NCBI GenBank assembly: GCA_965240325.2
Contig: OZ251230.1
Span: 1,922,001-1,986,000 of the forward strand
Source: Rebecca billardiae RCC1528
Taxonomy: Eukaryota; Protista; Haptophyta
Length of the DNA stretch: 64,000 nt
Direction of reading: 5' to 3'
Below, one piece after another: positions 46,701 through 57,984 of this stretch. Each line of letters begins with the position of its first letter. Position 1 is the stretch's first letter. The notes beneath the pieces were generated by a model. It was given only the letters and a program-made list of their open reading frames with translations. It was not told the DNA's origin and searched no databases. The position numbers and the translations under genes were made by a program.

Positions 46701-48601
46701 TGGGGTACGACGTGCGCGCGAACAGGTGCTGCGAGGGCGAGCAGAGCGTGGTGCACGCGAGCTTGGCGAACTCGTGGCCGCAGGTCGGGTTGTGCAGGAT
46801 CCCGCCCAGCAGCGCGAGGTTCGAGTCGAGCGTGCTCATGTGCTCGCCGTCGCAGCACGTGGTCTCGCCCGGGCCGAAGAAGTGGCGGCACTCCCCGCCA
46901 GCGCCGCTCACGGTGACGGGGCCGTGCGGCGCGCCGTGCGTCGTGCACCGCTCGAGCTCGGGCGTGGGGTCGCCCTCGTCGGAGAGGTACGCCTCGACCT
47001 GCGTCTGCTCGCACGTCTGCTTCAGCATCTCGCCCGCCAGCACCGTCGCCGCCGGGCCGAGCGGCCCGTTCGGGTCGGTGATCGTCACCTTGACGCGCGC
47101 GCCGAGCTCGGGCCGAGCCGAGCGCGCGAGCGGCAGCAGCGCCTGCGCGCCGTGCGCGCAGATCTCGAGCGACGAGTTGAAGGCGGCGCCGAGCGCGGTG
47201 CCCGACTGCGCCGAGAGCTCGCAGGCGCAGTCGCGGTGCAGCATCTCGCAGAAGTTCGCGCCGAGCCGCACGCTCAGCTGCGGCGTGCCGTCCTCGTCCT
47301 CGTCGACGCTCACGCCGTCCTGCTGGTCGTACCCACACCCGGCCTGGCAGAGCAGCGAGCGCAGCTGCAGCGCGCACTTGGACTCGGTGACGATCTGGTC
47401 GGTGCCGTAGCCGCGGAGCAGCCCGCGCAGCCCGTCCTCGAGCATCGCCTGCTGCTCCGCCGTGCAGCACCCCTCGCCCTCCACGTCGTGCGCGCACAGG
47501 GGCGCGCCGGGCGGCGGCTCGGGCGGACCGTCCTTTGTGCGGAGCGGCGGCTCGGGCATCGTCGCCAGCGTCACCGTGCAGATGGGCTGCTCGTGCTCGC
47601 GGTCGCCGTAGACGGTGTCGTCGGAGCATTCCGGCGCGAAGTACATGTCCGCGAGCGCGTGCGACTCCGCGTCCGAGCGGTGCGTGAGCATGCGGAACGT
47701 GTGGAGCAGCTTGAAGAACTCTCCCCGCGCGTCCTCCAGCTCAGCGTCCGTGCACGCGTCGCGCATCCGCGTGCAGAGCGCGCGCGGCACGGTGCGCGTG
47801 ATGCGCTTCTTCTCCTCCTCGGAGTTGATCTTGAGCGCGGGCAGGTGGAACTGCCGGTAGCTGTACACGTCGCCGCTCTTCGCGATCTCCTCGGGCGTGA
47901 TCGAGGGCACGCACGAGACCCACGACGCCCCGCACGCGTGCCGCCGGCTCGCAATCTTGCATGTCTCGGTCGCGCGCTTGATGGCGCCGAGCGGGCCCTT
48001 CACCATCGCCGCGTCCGCGCCCGTCGGGTCGTGCATCGGCACCGCCTGCGCGGCGCGGCGGGCGCGGCGCCGCGCCCAGGGCACACGGCCGCGACCGCGT
48101 GAGCGAATGGCTGAGGGGGCGGAGCTCGGCGCGGCGCGGGGCCGTCGCGCTCGCGCGCGCGCGCACCTCGCTTGGGTCCCAGATGATCGCCCCATCGGGC
48201 ACGAGCCCTTCGCACGACGACCACGCCACCGACGCGTGGTCAATGCAGTAGACTGGCTTGAACTCGCCGCCATCCGGATGCAGGTTGAGCTCGGCATCTG
48301 CGGGTGCGCGGTGCCGCGCCGCGCACGTGGCCGCGCGGGGAAGGGGGCGCGTGCGGGCGAGGCGGAGCGTCGAGCAGCTGCACATGTGGCCCACCATAGG
48401 ATCTCACCGCCGCAGTATCGAGAGCGCACTGCGCTGCGCGCGTGCACGCGCGCCCGAGACCCAACTCGCACTCACACGTCGTGTCGCGTGCGGCCGCGCG
48501 CGGCACGGAGTGCGAGCGCGCGCACCAGCGCCGGGGGGAGCACCCGCGAGTGCCAGCAACACCACCGGAATCACCACCGCCTGGGATAGACGCGGCGCCA
48601 T
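40702..48601 (-). CDS. NPC1: Niemann-Pick C1-like sterol transporter, multi-exon, with expanded N-terminal Cys-rich domains
   Basis: Signal peptide MAPRLSQAVVIPVVLLALA. ETKPTELWV, sterol-sensing domain (VLPFLLLGIGVDNIFIL, VGPTITLT, MPAVKYF), IGPPVY, FPYSEYHVFYEQY, NLVMAIGLSVEYLAHV, YYFRMYL, HGLVLLPV. About 7 GC-rich introns; the 5' exon boundaries are approximate. Confidence 0.92.
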
Positions 48602-49218
48602 CGTGCGTCAGCGCACTGCCACGACAAATGAGGTCGCGCGTGCGCCCCGCCCCAAAGCGGTGCTGCCTACTTCTCGCAGAACCGGGTGCATCCCGGGCGC
48701 CCGGCCGCTCGTGCGAAGAACCAGGGGCAAAGTTGAATACGGCGACCCGGATCCTTGGGCTACAGCCCCTGCGCGCCCGGCATCCGAAACGCCTGTGCCG
48801 CGCGCACAGGGTGTGTACCGCGTGCGAACACCAAGAGGTGCTGCCGGGTAGCGAGAGGCCCAATAAGATTCGAGCAGCCAAAGATTCCCTCGGCTTTCGG
48901 ATTTTCGTTTTTCTGACTGATTTTTTGGGCAAGTTGCCGGACGCCATCGTGCTGCGTGCCTCCGTTTTTCGGGCGCGGATTTTCGATTTTCAGCGCCGAT
49001 TTTGGGCCCGCACTGGCAAGCTCGCGGGCGCGCGGCCGCGGAAGCCGGGCCCGGGCGGGGGAGCAAGGAACCGCTGCCGCTGCCGCCGGCCGGTGAAAAC
49101 TGAGTGCGAAGGAAGGGAGACTTCGCGGAATCGCGCCTCATCTCCTCAGTTGGCGTCTCGACGACTCGCTCAACGGTGGCGGACGCAGGCTCGCGCGCTC
49201 TCACTTCGTCTCCGCACG

Positions 49219-49521
49219 ATGAACGGCTTCATGCAGAAGGCCAGCGCAGCCGCCGATTCGGCGGGCAAGGCGGTGAAAGTGAAGGCATTTGAGACCGAGA
49301 TCGAGTTCAAGAAGGGCAACATCAAGACGCTCCAGCAGGAGTTTGGTGTGAAGGTGTTCGACCTGGTCGGCGCTTGGAAGGAGGCCGAGATCAAGGCCGC
49401 ACACGCTGAAACAAAGCAAAAGATCGACGCGGTGGAGGCGGAGATCGCGGCCAAGCAGGCTGAGATCGCCCAGCTCAAGCAGCCGGCAGCTCCAGCTGCG
49501 CCGCCAGCAGCTGCGAAGTAG
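49219..49521 (+). CDS. Small coiled-coil hypothetical protein (100 aa)
   Basis: MNGFMQKASAAADSAGKAVKVKAFETEIEFKK... with coding-like codon use and heptad-like K/E/A composition. Divergent from NPC1. Confidence 0.75.
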   Translation: MNGFMQKASAAADSAGKAVKVKAFETEIEFKKGNIKTLQQEFGVKVFDLVGAWKEAEIKAAHAETKQKIDAVEAEIAAKQAEIAQLKQPAAPAAPPAAAK

Positions 49522-50230
49522 TGGCGCAGTGAGACCAAAGCCTGTGCACGCAGCTGGAGCACGCTGGCGACAGAGCCGGCCCCGCTCGGCTGGTCGCGCC
49601 AACAATGCTGGCAAGCATTGGCCATTCCCAGTCCCCACACCACCGCTGGATGCCCTTCGCCGCCCCGACTGAGCACTCGCCGCTCGTTCGCCGGCCAGTT
49701 CGTCGTCGTCTGCCGTGGGGGCAGCGAGCGACCAGCGCAACCGTGCCGGCGACCGACCCGCGCGACGGACTGTCCGGGAGGCTGCCGGGCGCCCGGCAAA
49801 GCGGATAAGCGCCTTCGACTCTGAGCGGATGACCCAGGCTGACCGTTCCGATGTAAGGACGGAGTATTCGCGAGTCGTGAGAGTACACAGGAGTCATCGT
49901 CGCGGTGGGCGGCGGGCGGCGGGCCGTGCGCCAGTCGCCGTCGGTCGCGGGCCAGTCGCGGGCCGCCGCCCGGCGCGGGCCGGCGGGCCCCGCCGCGGGC
50001 CGCCGCCCCGGCGCGGGCCGGCGGCCGCCCGGACTCCCGGAGGCCGGAGCGGCCGTGCGCCAATCGCGGCGGCACTCGCGGTGCCGACTCGGGCCGTGCC
50101 GTCTAGGTCGTCCCCCGACTGAACTCAAACGCGTAATTACAGTCATAATTATTGATGCATCCTGGCGGCCAGCGAATTCCAAAGGTAGCCTAGGCTACGG
50201 CACTGCTGTCATCATCACGCAGAATCATTG

Positions 50231-51046
50231 TCATCCACTCTCCACGATTTCAATCTCGACGACGGACGAGGCCTCCAGATCCGGTGGCACCGCCAATGCC
50301 GCGGGGCCAGACGCGCCTGCACTAGCGATGCACGCACGGTCCTGTGCATCCGACAGCCCCTGCGAGTGCGGCGGCGCCACGCCCGAGGACACTGGCCGCG
50401 GGAGCGCAAAGTTGTAGAAGCTCGCCACGCTCAGCCCACCGAGCGGTTGCCACGCGAGCCAGCCGTCGTTACGCACCCGCCGTTGCTCTGTGCCCGACGA
50501 GCCAGTACCCTGGAAGTGCGGGTCAGCGATGAGGAGCCATGAGCGACTCGCGTCAGCCTCGTCGACCGCGACGCCTAGAAGCGTCTTGGAGTAGACGTCC
50601 GTGCTGCCGCCGATCATCCCAGGGGCACCAAACCGCTCAAAGTGATCGAGCAGGTCGGACATGTGTTCAGCCACGTGGCGCCCGGACGCGACATGGACGA
50701 GGCGCGTGCTCGCGCCGGCGCACAGCGCCTCGACGACGAGCGAGATTTCAAAGGCGCCGCCAATCCATGCGTTCGACCCAGCGACGCGTGCGGGCTTGTC
50801 CCCGAGCCTGACAAGCAGGTCCTGGATCTCGCGCACGGTAGGCACCTGCTCGAGCCCGTACTCGCTCCACGAGAGGATCGTCTGCAGCGAGCGGTATCCG
50901 CAGCCCCAGCCTGCGTCGTTGAACCCATCGTCGCGGTAGTGCCGATAGACGCAGCGCCCTCTGAACGTGGCGCAACGCAGCCCAGCCTTGGGGGGCGCGG
51001 GCAGCTCTGACTCCTGTCCGAGCACGACTATCGTCGCCGCCGCCAT
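50231..51046 (-). CDS. UFSP1: UFM1-specific protease (peptidase C78), catalytic-domain-only UFSP1-like
   Basis: HYRDDGFNDAGWGCGYRSLQT, GSNAWIG, LIADPHF (Cys and Asp-Pro-His catalytic residues). Confidence 0.88.
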   Translation of the reverse strand: MAAATIVVLGQESELPAPPKAGLRCATFRGRCVYRHYRDDGFNDAGWGCGYRSLQTILSWSEYGLEQVPTVREIQDLLVRLGDKPARVAGSNAWIGGAFEISLVVEALCAGASTRLVHVASGRHVAEHMSDLLDHFERFGAPGMIGGSTDVYSKTLLGVAVDEADASRSWLLIADPHFQGTGSSGTEQRRVRNDGWLAWQPLGGLSVASFYNFALPRPVSSGVAPPHSQGLSDAQDRACIASAGASGPAALAVPPDLEASSVVEIEIVESG

Positions 51047-51611
51047 CGTGCTGGAATCTTTGGTGAAGAACGCCACGGACATTATTATTCCGAAAAATCT
51101 TTGTCGAGGGCGCCTGGTCGAGGCATTCTGATGACGAATTCCGGCAACGGCTGTGCCGCCGTGGGCGTGGGCTGACTGAGGCGTGAATCCGAGTTATTAC
51201 TGTGATCTCGCCTGCCTGAGCTGTGTGCGTCTCTTATTCTTAGTATATGATAAACTGTAGGCATGACTCTCGTCAGATTCAGAACGCCGTCACTATTACT
51301 TACTCACTGCCAGCAATCACTGCATTCGGACAGCAGAGTGGCCGTGATGGTCTGATGAGTGATGGACACTCCCGCATTGACAGCCCGCGGTTATGGCGGG
51401 TTACTGTACTAATTCTATGATGATTTAAAGACACAGGCACGAGGGCGCAGCTCTCCTGATTCGTCTGTCGTGGTACTGGTCGCCGAAGCTTGCAGCAGTG
51501 GCAGTGCAGTGATCGACTGCCATCGACGACGAATCGATCGCCATAAAAATATACAAAATAAACATAAACATTGATGATGAACAGTAGTTCTCACAGATTA
51601 TACTGACAATT

Positions 51612-52885
51612 GGCTCCGGCTTCGGTTGACCCCTGCCAGTCCGGTCATAGAAACCGGGCGTACCGAAAATGAAAACGACCTTCGCGAGGTCGCACGGAGG
51701 CGGTCGAAGGCTTGCTGGACTCGGGTTGGCGAGCTGAGCGCGAATCCGCACCGTTTGCCGCGATCGCTTGTTTTTACACGGCGCCAGAGCCCGATTTTCA
51801 CCATTTCTACTGGGAGTCCGGGTACTTTTATTGGCCTTTTGCCCACTATGGTGGTGCGGGCGCGGGTCGCGTTGGACGTGCCCATCGTGTTCGACACCGA
51901 CGTCTCGGACGAACAGCTGGGAGGTAATCTTGGCGACCGCGATGCCGAGCACCTCTTTGCGGTCGCGCGTGACCTGGAGATCGTGCACACGGTGTCTGAC
52001 ACGACCTCGTCAGTGCACCACGGTCGGTGCAAGCCTCTCTGCACGTTGCGCCGTCTCCGGACCTCTGCAATCAGATCAAGGTGAACATGTCGAGGACGCA
52101 CAACACGATGGAGCGGATGCTTTTCCATCTCGTCGTCGATATGCTCAGGCCTCTCTGTCTGGACGAGTACTTTGTGATCCTTACGCGCTCGACACTGCAA
52201 GTCGCGACGAGGGCGACTCACGAGCCCGAGACAAGCAGCAAGCGGCAGAAGGAGGCGGACGGGCAGTGGTGGACGATGGGGGGGCGAGTCTGATTTCAAG
52301 CGATACGCGCGCATGGATCTTGACCGGCGCTCGCGCGAGCTGGGCACCGGCGAGATCGAGAGCGACACGATCGTCCGCGGCGTTGTCGTGCTCACGCCCG
52401 TGCAACCGATCACGCCTGACTTTCAGCGGCGCCCCAGCACGCGGCACGAGGCGGAGGCACGCGGCAGCGGCGGCGGAGCGGCCGCGTCTGGCGGTGTACC
52501 AGCTGAGAGAAGAGCGCGGCACAATGCTATGCGCGCGCAGCTGACCAACCAGAGCGCGCTCGCAAGTGCGGGGCGGTGAGCTGCCGTGAGGCGTGACATG
52601 GTCATGGCGTGCGTATCACGTCGATGCATGAATGGAATACAAGTTCCGTCAGAAATACCCGCGTCAATATGCATTTACCCATGTTTCGGATTTCGGTCAG
52701 ATTTCTGTATGTGTCACTTATAAAAATTGAGCCTGAAACATATTGGGAGGTGGGTGTATGCTCAATGTCGCTTTGAAGTCATCAATCCGGGGTCGGGAGG
52801 GACCCGGCTATATGGTCCGCTCGAGTGACTTCGACTCGGTTCTCAGAATGCCCGCCACTGGCAGGGGTCAACCGAATCCGGAGCC
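51612..52885. mobile_element. GGCTCC-terminus TIR element (1274 bp) with 4-bp TSD AATT
   Basis: GGCTCCGGCTTCGGTTGACCCCTGCCAGT / ACTGGCAGGGGTCAACCGAATCCGGAGCC (1 mismatch). AATT at 51608-51611 and 52886-52889. Confidence 0.88.
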
Positions 52886-53187
52886 AATTATAGTACGGTA
52901 ACGGTTAGCAGCCCGGTGCTATTACACTTACAGTACTAGTTAGTTCACTGTAACTGTGTTCCGCAGACCCGCACGGCTCCGAGACACGGCAGACTGTGAC
53001 TGTGCCGACGTTGTCGTCTGTCTGTTTCATCAAGTGTAACAGCCTCTGTAGGTGATGTACTGAATAATAACGGCGGTGTCTCGGCCTGGCAGCGCAGTAC
53101 TTAGCGTTAGACCGAATAGACGATTAAGAATTATGACGCCATTATAACTATTAACTGGTGCTGACACTTGACAGTCAGACCATCAAG

Positions 53188-54123
53188 TCATGGAGGCCTC
53201 GGGAGATCGGTGCGTGCCCGGTGCCAACGCGGAGAGCGCGCGGCCACCGGAATCGGCGAGTCGCCGCGCATGATCGCGTGCGTGCCCGCCGGCACGATCG
53301 AGCGCTTCGCCTTTCCCCCGTAGCGGAATGAGCGATTCGGCGTGCGTCGCCTCCGCACGCGCGCGCAGCGCGCGGGAGCCGCTGCAGCCAGTGAGCGTCG
53401 CGGCTTGTGGGCCTCCTCCGACAACGTCTGGCGCGGCTCCGGAGTCGACGGCTCCGGTTCCCCCTCCGCGCGCAGACGGCGCCGCTCCGGAGTCGACGGC
53501 TCCGGTTCCTCCTCCGCGCGCAGACGGCGCCGCTCCGGAGTCGACGGCTCCGGTTCCTCCTCCGCGCGCGGGCGGCGTCGCTCTGGAGTGAGCGGGCGGT
53601 GCGTGGGTGGCGGCACATGGCGGTAGATCTCGCAGCGCGCGTCCCAGCGCTCGTCGAGCAGTGGCTGCGGCACGTGCAGCTCGAGCTGGAGGGCGTATCC
53701 CGCATCGCCAAGGTCCGCCGGGACGAGCCTAGTCGGCGAGGGCTGCTCTCCTGACATCCGTGCCGCGCGCTCCTTGGGGTTCCTCCAGCGCGGCGTGCGC
53801 GGAGAGCGCGCCGGCTCGCGTGCGCTTCTCGCGAGGGCCCATGCGGTGAAGCAGTCGCGCTGCAGGTGTCGAGCGTGCGCTCTGGCGCGCTGATCAGCAT
53901 CCTCGATGCGCAGACCGATCCGGAGGAGGAGCGCCTCAGGTGCCGAGCGGCGCGCACTGGCCCATGCCGCAAAGCACTCACGTCGCAACCGCTGCGCGTG
54001 GGCGCTGGCTCGCCGATCGGCCTCCTCGATGCGCAGACCAATCTTTGCCAGGAGAACGTCGGCATCATCGCGAGCCCCAGCGGCTCTCCTCGCGGGCTTT
54101 GCGCGCGGCTTGAGCCAGTTCAT
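53188..54123 (-). CDS. Hypothetical protein with two ~41-aa repeats and three 16-aa repeats
   Basis: ATG at 54123. LL.IGLRIE.AD.RA.AHA..L.R.CF.AWA.ARS occurs twice. TPERRR.RAEEEPEPS occurs three times (48-bp DNA period, ~53430-53590). Confidence 0.6.
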   Translation of the reverse strand: MNWLKPRAKPARRAAGARDDADVLLAKIGLRIEEADRRASAHAQRLRRECFAAWASARRSAPEALLLRIGLRIEDADQRARAHARHLQRDCFTAWALARSAREPARSPRTPRWRNPKERAARMSGEQPSPTRLVPADLGDAGYALQLELHVPQPLLDERWDARCEIYRHVPPPTHRPLTPERRRPRAEEEPEPSTPERRRLRAEEEPEPSTPERRRLRAEGEPEPSTPEPRQTLSEEAHKPRRSLAAAAPARCARVRRRRTPNRSFRYGGKAKRSIVPAGTHAIMRGDSPIPVAARSPRWHRARTDLPRPP

Positions 54124-54220
54124 GAGCGTCGCGTGGAGGAGCCACATTTGGCCGACGAAGCGGCCAAAGCGGGTGATTCCGCGGACGCGCCGGAAAGGTC
54201 GCCGCCGCGCGTCGACGGGT

Positions 54221-57200
54221 CTCCCCCCCCCAAGAAGGGCTCAGCCCTCGATTTGCGCGCGGGACGCGCGCCGTCGAAGTCGCGCTTTCGCCGCTTCTGA
54301 AAAGCGCCGTGGTACCTTTCCGCGCGCTGCCGCGCCAGTGGGCGCACAGTGGCGGCCGCGCGCCGCCGCGCGGGCCGCAGCCTCGCGGCCACTGGCGCCA
54401 CCGCGAGGCCGCGCGCTCGGGCGGCGCGGGCTGCCAGCCGCGCGTAGGAGCCCGCCGCGCGCGCTCGGCCCGGCTCGCGGCCTGCTCGCCGCCCGTGCGC
54501 TCGGCACGCGGCCGGCGCGACCCGGGCGGCGCGGCGCGCGAGGTTCGCGCGCCCGCTCGGCGGGCGCGTGAGCGAGTCGAGCGCGTTCGGTCGGCCGCGC
54601 CTGGGCGAGCGTGTCCGCCACAGGCTGTAGCGAGCCGGGCTCCCTCGCCTCGACGCCCGAGGCGGTGCGCCGCGCGCGTTCTGTGCCGGTCTGCGGCGGC
54701 GCAGCGGCTGCGCTCGCGCACGGACGGCCGCTGGGCTTGGATGGGCGCTCTCGAGCGCGTTTGGCGGCGGATCCCGCGCGGAGGGCTGGGGCAGGCACGG
54801 CAGTCCGCTCTGTCCGCGCCCGGCCCGCCTCGTGACGGAGGCCTTGCCCATCGACCGCTCGCGCGCCTCGCCGCCGGCGCTCGACCGGAGTCGGGCGTGG
54901 GCCGCACGCGCCGCGCGCGCCGCGCGCCCGCCCGGTCGGCCCATGAAGGCGATGCGATGTGCTCTTCACATTGCCTGGCTCCCGCGTGCGCTGGCTGGTC
55001 GCACGCCTTCCTGGACGTCGCCTTTGGCGCGCCTCGCTCCAGCATGCGCGCGTGTGTCGCTGTGCACGCCGTGGACACAGGTCAGAAGTGTTGCAATCGT
55101 GAGCGGAGCTTAGCCCGTGGGCTGCACGCAGCTCGCCCCGTGCCTGATTTAATCGCTGGGCGCGCGAGAGGCTGTGCCACACACATCCAGGTGTGCGCCA
55201 GTAGATAGCACGTGGCTGCGTCCAACACGTCTAGGCGGAAGGTCGGGTGAGTCTAACAACTTGAGGCGGCGACCCGAGTACCTGACAACAACGACGGCCG
55301 AGCCCGTGGTGCACACGCCAGCTGAGACTCTCTGGCTGACAGGTCAGAGCCGCCATCACCGATGCCGTGCCCGCTCCGGTGCGGCTAGGCACATCACCGA
55401 GCGAACATGCGCCATCACGGTGTGCCCGAGGCAGGTCCGAGGCAGCCCACCATGCTGGCCGACATCATCTCGGGCTCGGCACCGCAGGACAGCAGCCGCT
55501 GGCCGAGCAGAGGCACTCGCGTGGCCCATAGTGTGCTCGCAAGTTCGCTCGGCCCATCAGGCGCTGCCTCCCGAGGGCGAGATCGCGGTGGGCCACCGAC
55601 CGTGCGCGCCGGCCAACCTTGCCTCAATCGCCAAGCGCAAGCACCCCGCCATCTGCTGCCGCTGCAGAGGCGCGCTGAGGGCGCTAGCCAGCCTGTGTGA
55701 CCGTCTGTCAGACAGAGGCATCATTGGTGACTGCTCGTGTAGCCGTGCCATCCAGAGTGCACTTAAGTGGGGCGAAATGCTGGTGGTCAGGCGGTAGAGG
55801 CTGTGCCCCGTGTCACACGCGGACGTCGCAGTGCGAAAGAGCACGCCGAGGCGGCGCTGCAGGTAGCGAGTGCGGTTGAGAATCATGCCCGATTGACACT
55901 GCTGCCTGTATTGTCAGCGTTGCTTGCAGGAAGGGCTGGCTGCAGGTGCCACCCAGCCCACCGGCCGGCCAACCGCTGTCGCCACCACTATCGCCGCTGG
56001 CATGCCCGCCACCATTACCGCCACCGTCTCCGCCGCTAAGCCCGCCGCGTAGAACGCGGCCGTCGCCGCCGCCACGCCCGCCACCGAGCTCGCAGCCGAG
56101 CCCGCAGCCATCACCGCCACCGTCGCCCCCTCCTCCCAATCCGCCGCCGAGCCCACCGCAGATCCCACTACCACCATCGCTACCACCATCACCGCCTGCG
56201 TCGTCACCACCTAGTCCGCCGCCGTCATTACCGTCATCATCACCGCCCAGTCCGCCGCCGAGCCCAGAGCGTCGTCGCCGCCATCGTCTCTGCCACCATC
56301 GCCGCTGCCCAGCCAGTCTCAGGGTACACGCAGCCGTCATCGCGCGGTCGTCGTGCAGTATTCAAGTTCAACGACACTGCTACATCAGCGGGCCGGATGG
56401 CGATCCCAGGTGCGCATGGCAACGGATGTCAAGCAATGTCGTCCGCTCAGCAGGTGTACGTTCCCTACATCCATGCTGCTGCTCGGGCTCTGGCGAGTCT
56501 GGCAGACCTGTCGGCACTGCACACGCGCGGGCTCGCGCGTGCACACGCGCGGGCTCGCGCACACAGTAGCAGACTAAGTGCAGCACTGCTGAGTGAACAG
56601 CACGCGCACAGCCATGGGCACGGTATGCCTAGCACGGCCGTGAGACGGGCGGGCACGGGTGCGCTGGGGCGGCCCAGGCTGCATCAACTGCCCCCGTCGC
56701 TCGCCAACACTCTAGCTGGGCCTGCTAGCTCAGCTTGTGTTCATGCGCTGCCGGCGCTCAGTCGGCTCGGCACAGTCACTGCAATGGGCAATAGCGCTTT
56801 GTGCCCTGCCGGCCCCGCCTGCTGGCGCTGCGCCAAGGTCAGCACAGTGGTGGGCCCATTGGGCGCGGACAGCAGCACGCGCCGCGCGTCTCATGTCTGT
56901 GACCGCTGCCAGTTCGGGCACTCAAAGGGCCGCAGCCAGTGGACGGTCCAGACCCCGCATGAGCGCTGAGCAAGGCGAGGAACGAGTGCGACCGGCTGAG
57001 CAGAGATGCCAGCTGAACAGTAGGCTGCTGCAACTGCATTGCCCTCGCGTGCCGCTGGATGCCGCGCTGCCTTCGTGGGCCGACCGGGCGGGCGCGCGGC
57101 GCGCGCGGCGCGTGCGGCCCACGCCCGACTCCGGTCGAGCGCCGGCGGCGAGGCGCGCGAGCGGTCGATGGGCAAGGCCTCCGTCACGAGGCGGGCTTGG

Positions 57201-57797
57201 CGCGGACAGAGCGGACTGCCGTGCCTGCCCCAGCCCTCCGCGCGGGATCCGCCGCCAAACGCGCTCGAGAGCGCCCATCCAAGCCCAGCGGCCGTCCGTG
57301 CGCGAGCGCAGCCGCTGCGCCGCCGCAGACCGGCACAGAACGCGCGCGGCGCACCGCCTCGGGCGTCGAGGCGAGGGAGCCCGGCTCGCTACAGCCTGTG
57401 GCGGACACGCTCGCCCAGGCGCGGCCGACCGAACGCGCTCGACTCGCTCACGCGCCCGCCGAGCGGGCGCGCGAACCTCGCGCGCCGCGCCGCCCGGGTC
57501 GCGCCGGCCGCGTGCCGAGCGCACGGGCGGCGAGCAGGCCGCGAGCCGGGCCGAGCGCGCGCGGCGGGCTCCTACGCGCGGCTGGCAGCCCGCGCCGCCC
57601 GAGCGCGCGGCCTCGCGGTGGCGCCAGTGGCCGCGAGGCTGCGGCCCGCGCGGCGGCGCGCGGCCGCCACTGTGCGCCCACTGGCGCGCAGCGCGCGGAA
57701 AGGTACCACGGCGCTTTTCAGAAGCGGCGAAAGCGCGACTTCGACGGCGCGCGTCCCGCGCGCAAATCGAGGGCTGAGCCCTTCTTGGGGGGGGGAG
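54221..57797. mobile_element. Foldback element with ~730-bp near-identical arms and a 2.1-kb spacer
   Basis: 54221-54950 vs 57069-57797 inverted. Termini CTCCCCCCCCCAAGAAG. Flanks GTCGACGGGT / GTCGTTCGGGT (degenerate long TSD, or 2-bp GT). Confidence 0.88.
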
Positions 57798-57984
57798 GTC
57801 GTTCGGGTCCGGATCCAAGAAGCTGTTTCGCTGAGCGCAAACGGTCATTCTTGGAAGCCTCGGCTGTGCATCCGGTGAAAATTCCCCCTTTACCCCCATA
57901 TTCCTTTGCTGTGACTCTGTGAGGCTGTGACTGAAAAGTCCGGCCGCGAGCCGCTTGAGCCGGCCCGGGCGGGAGGAATTCAGC

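Noticed and set aside
42724-48102. Long plus-strand ORFs (543 and 738 aa) opposite NPC1
   Set aside because: Antisense shadows of a high-GC3 gene, Arg/Ala/Gly-rich with no motifs.
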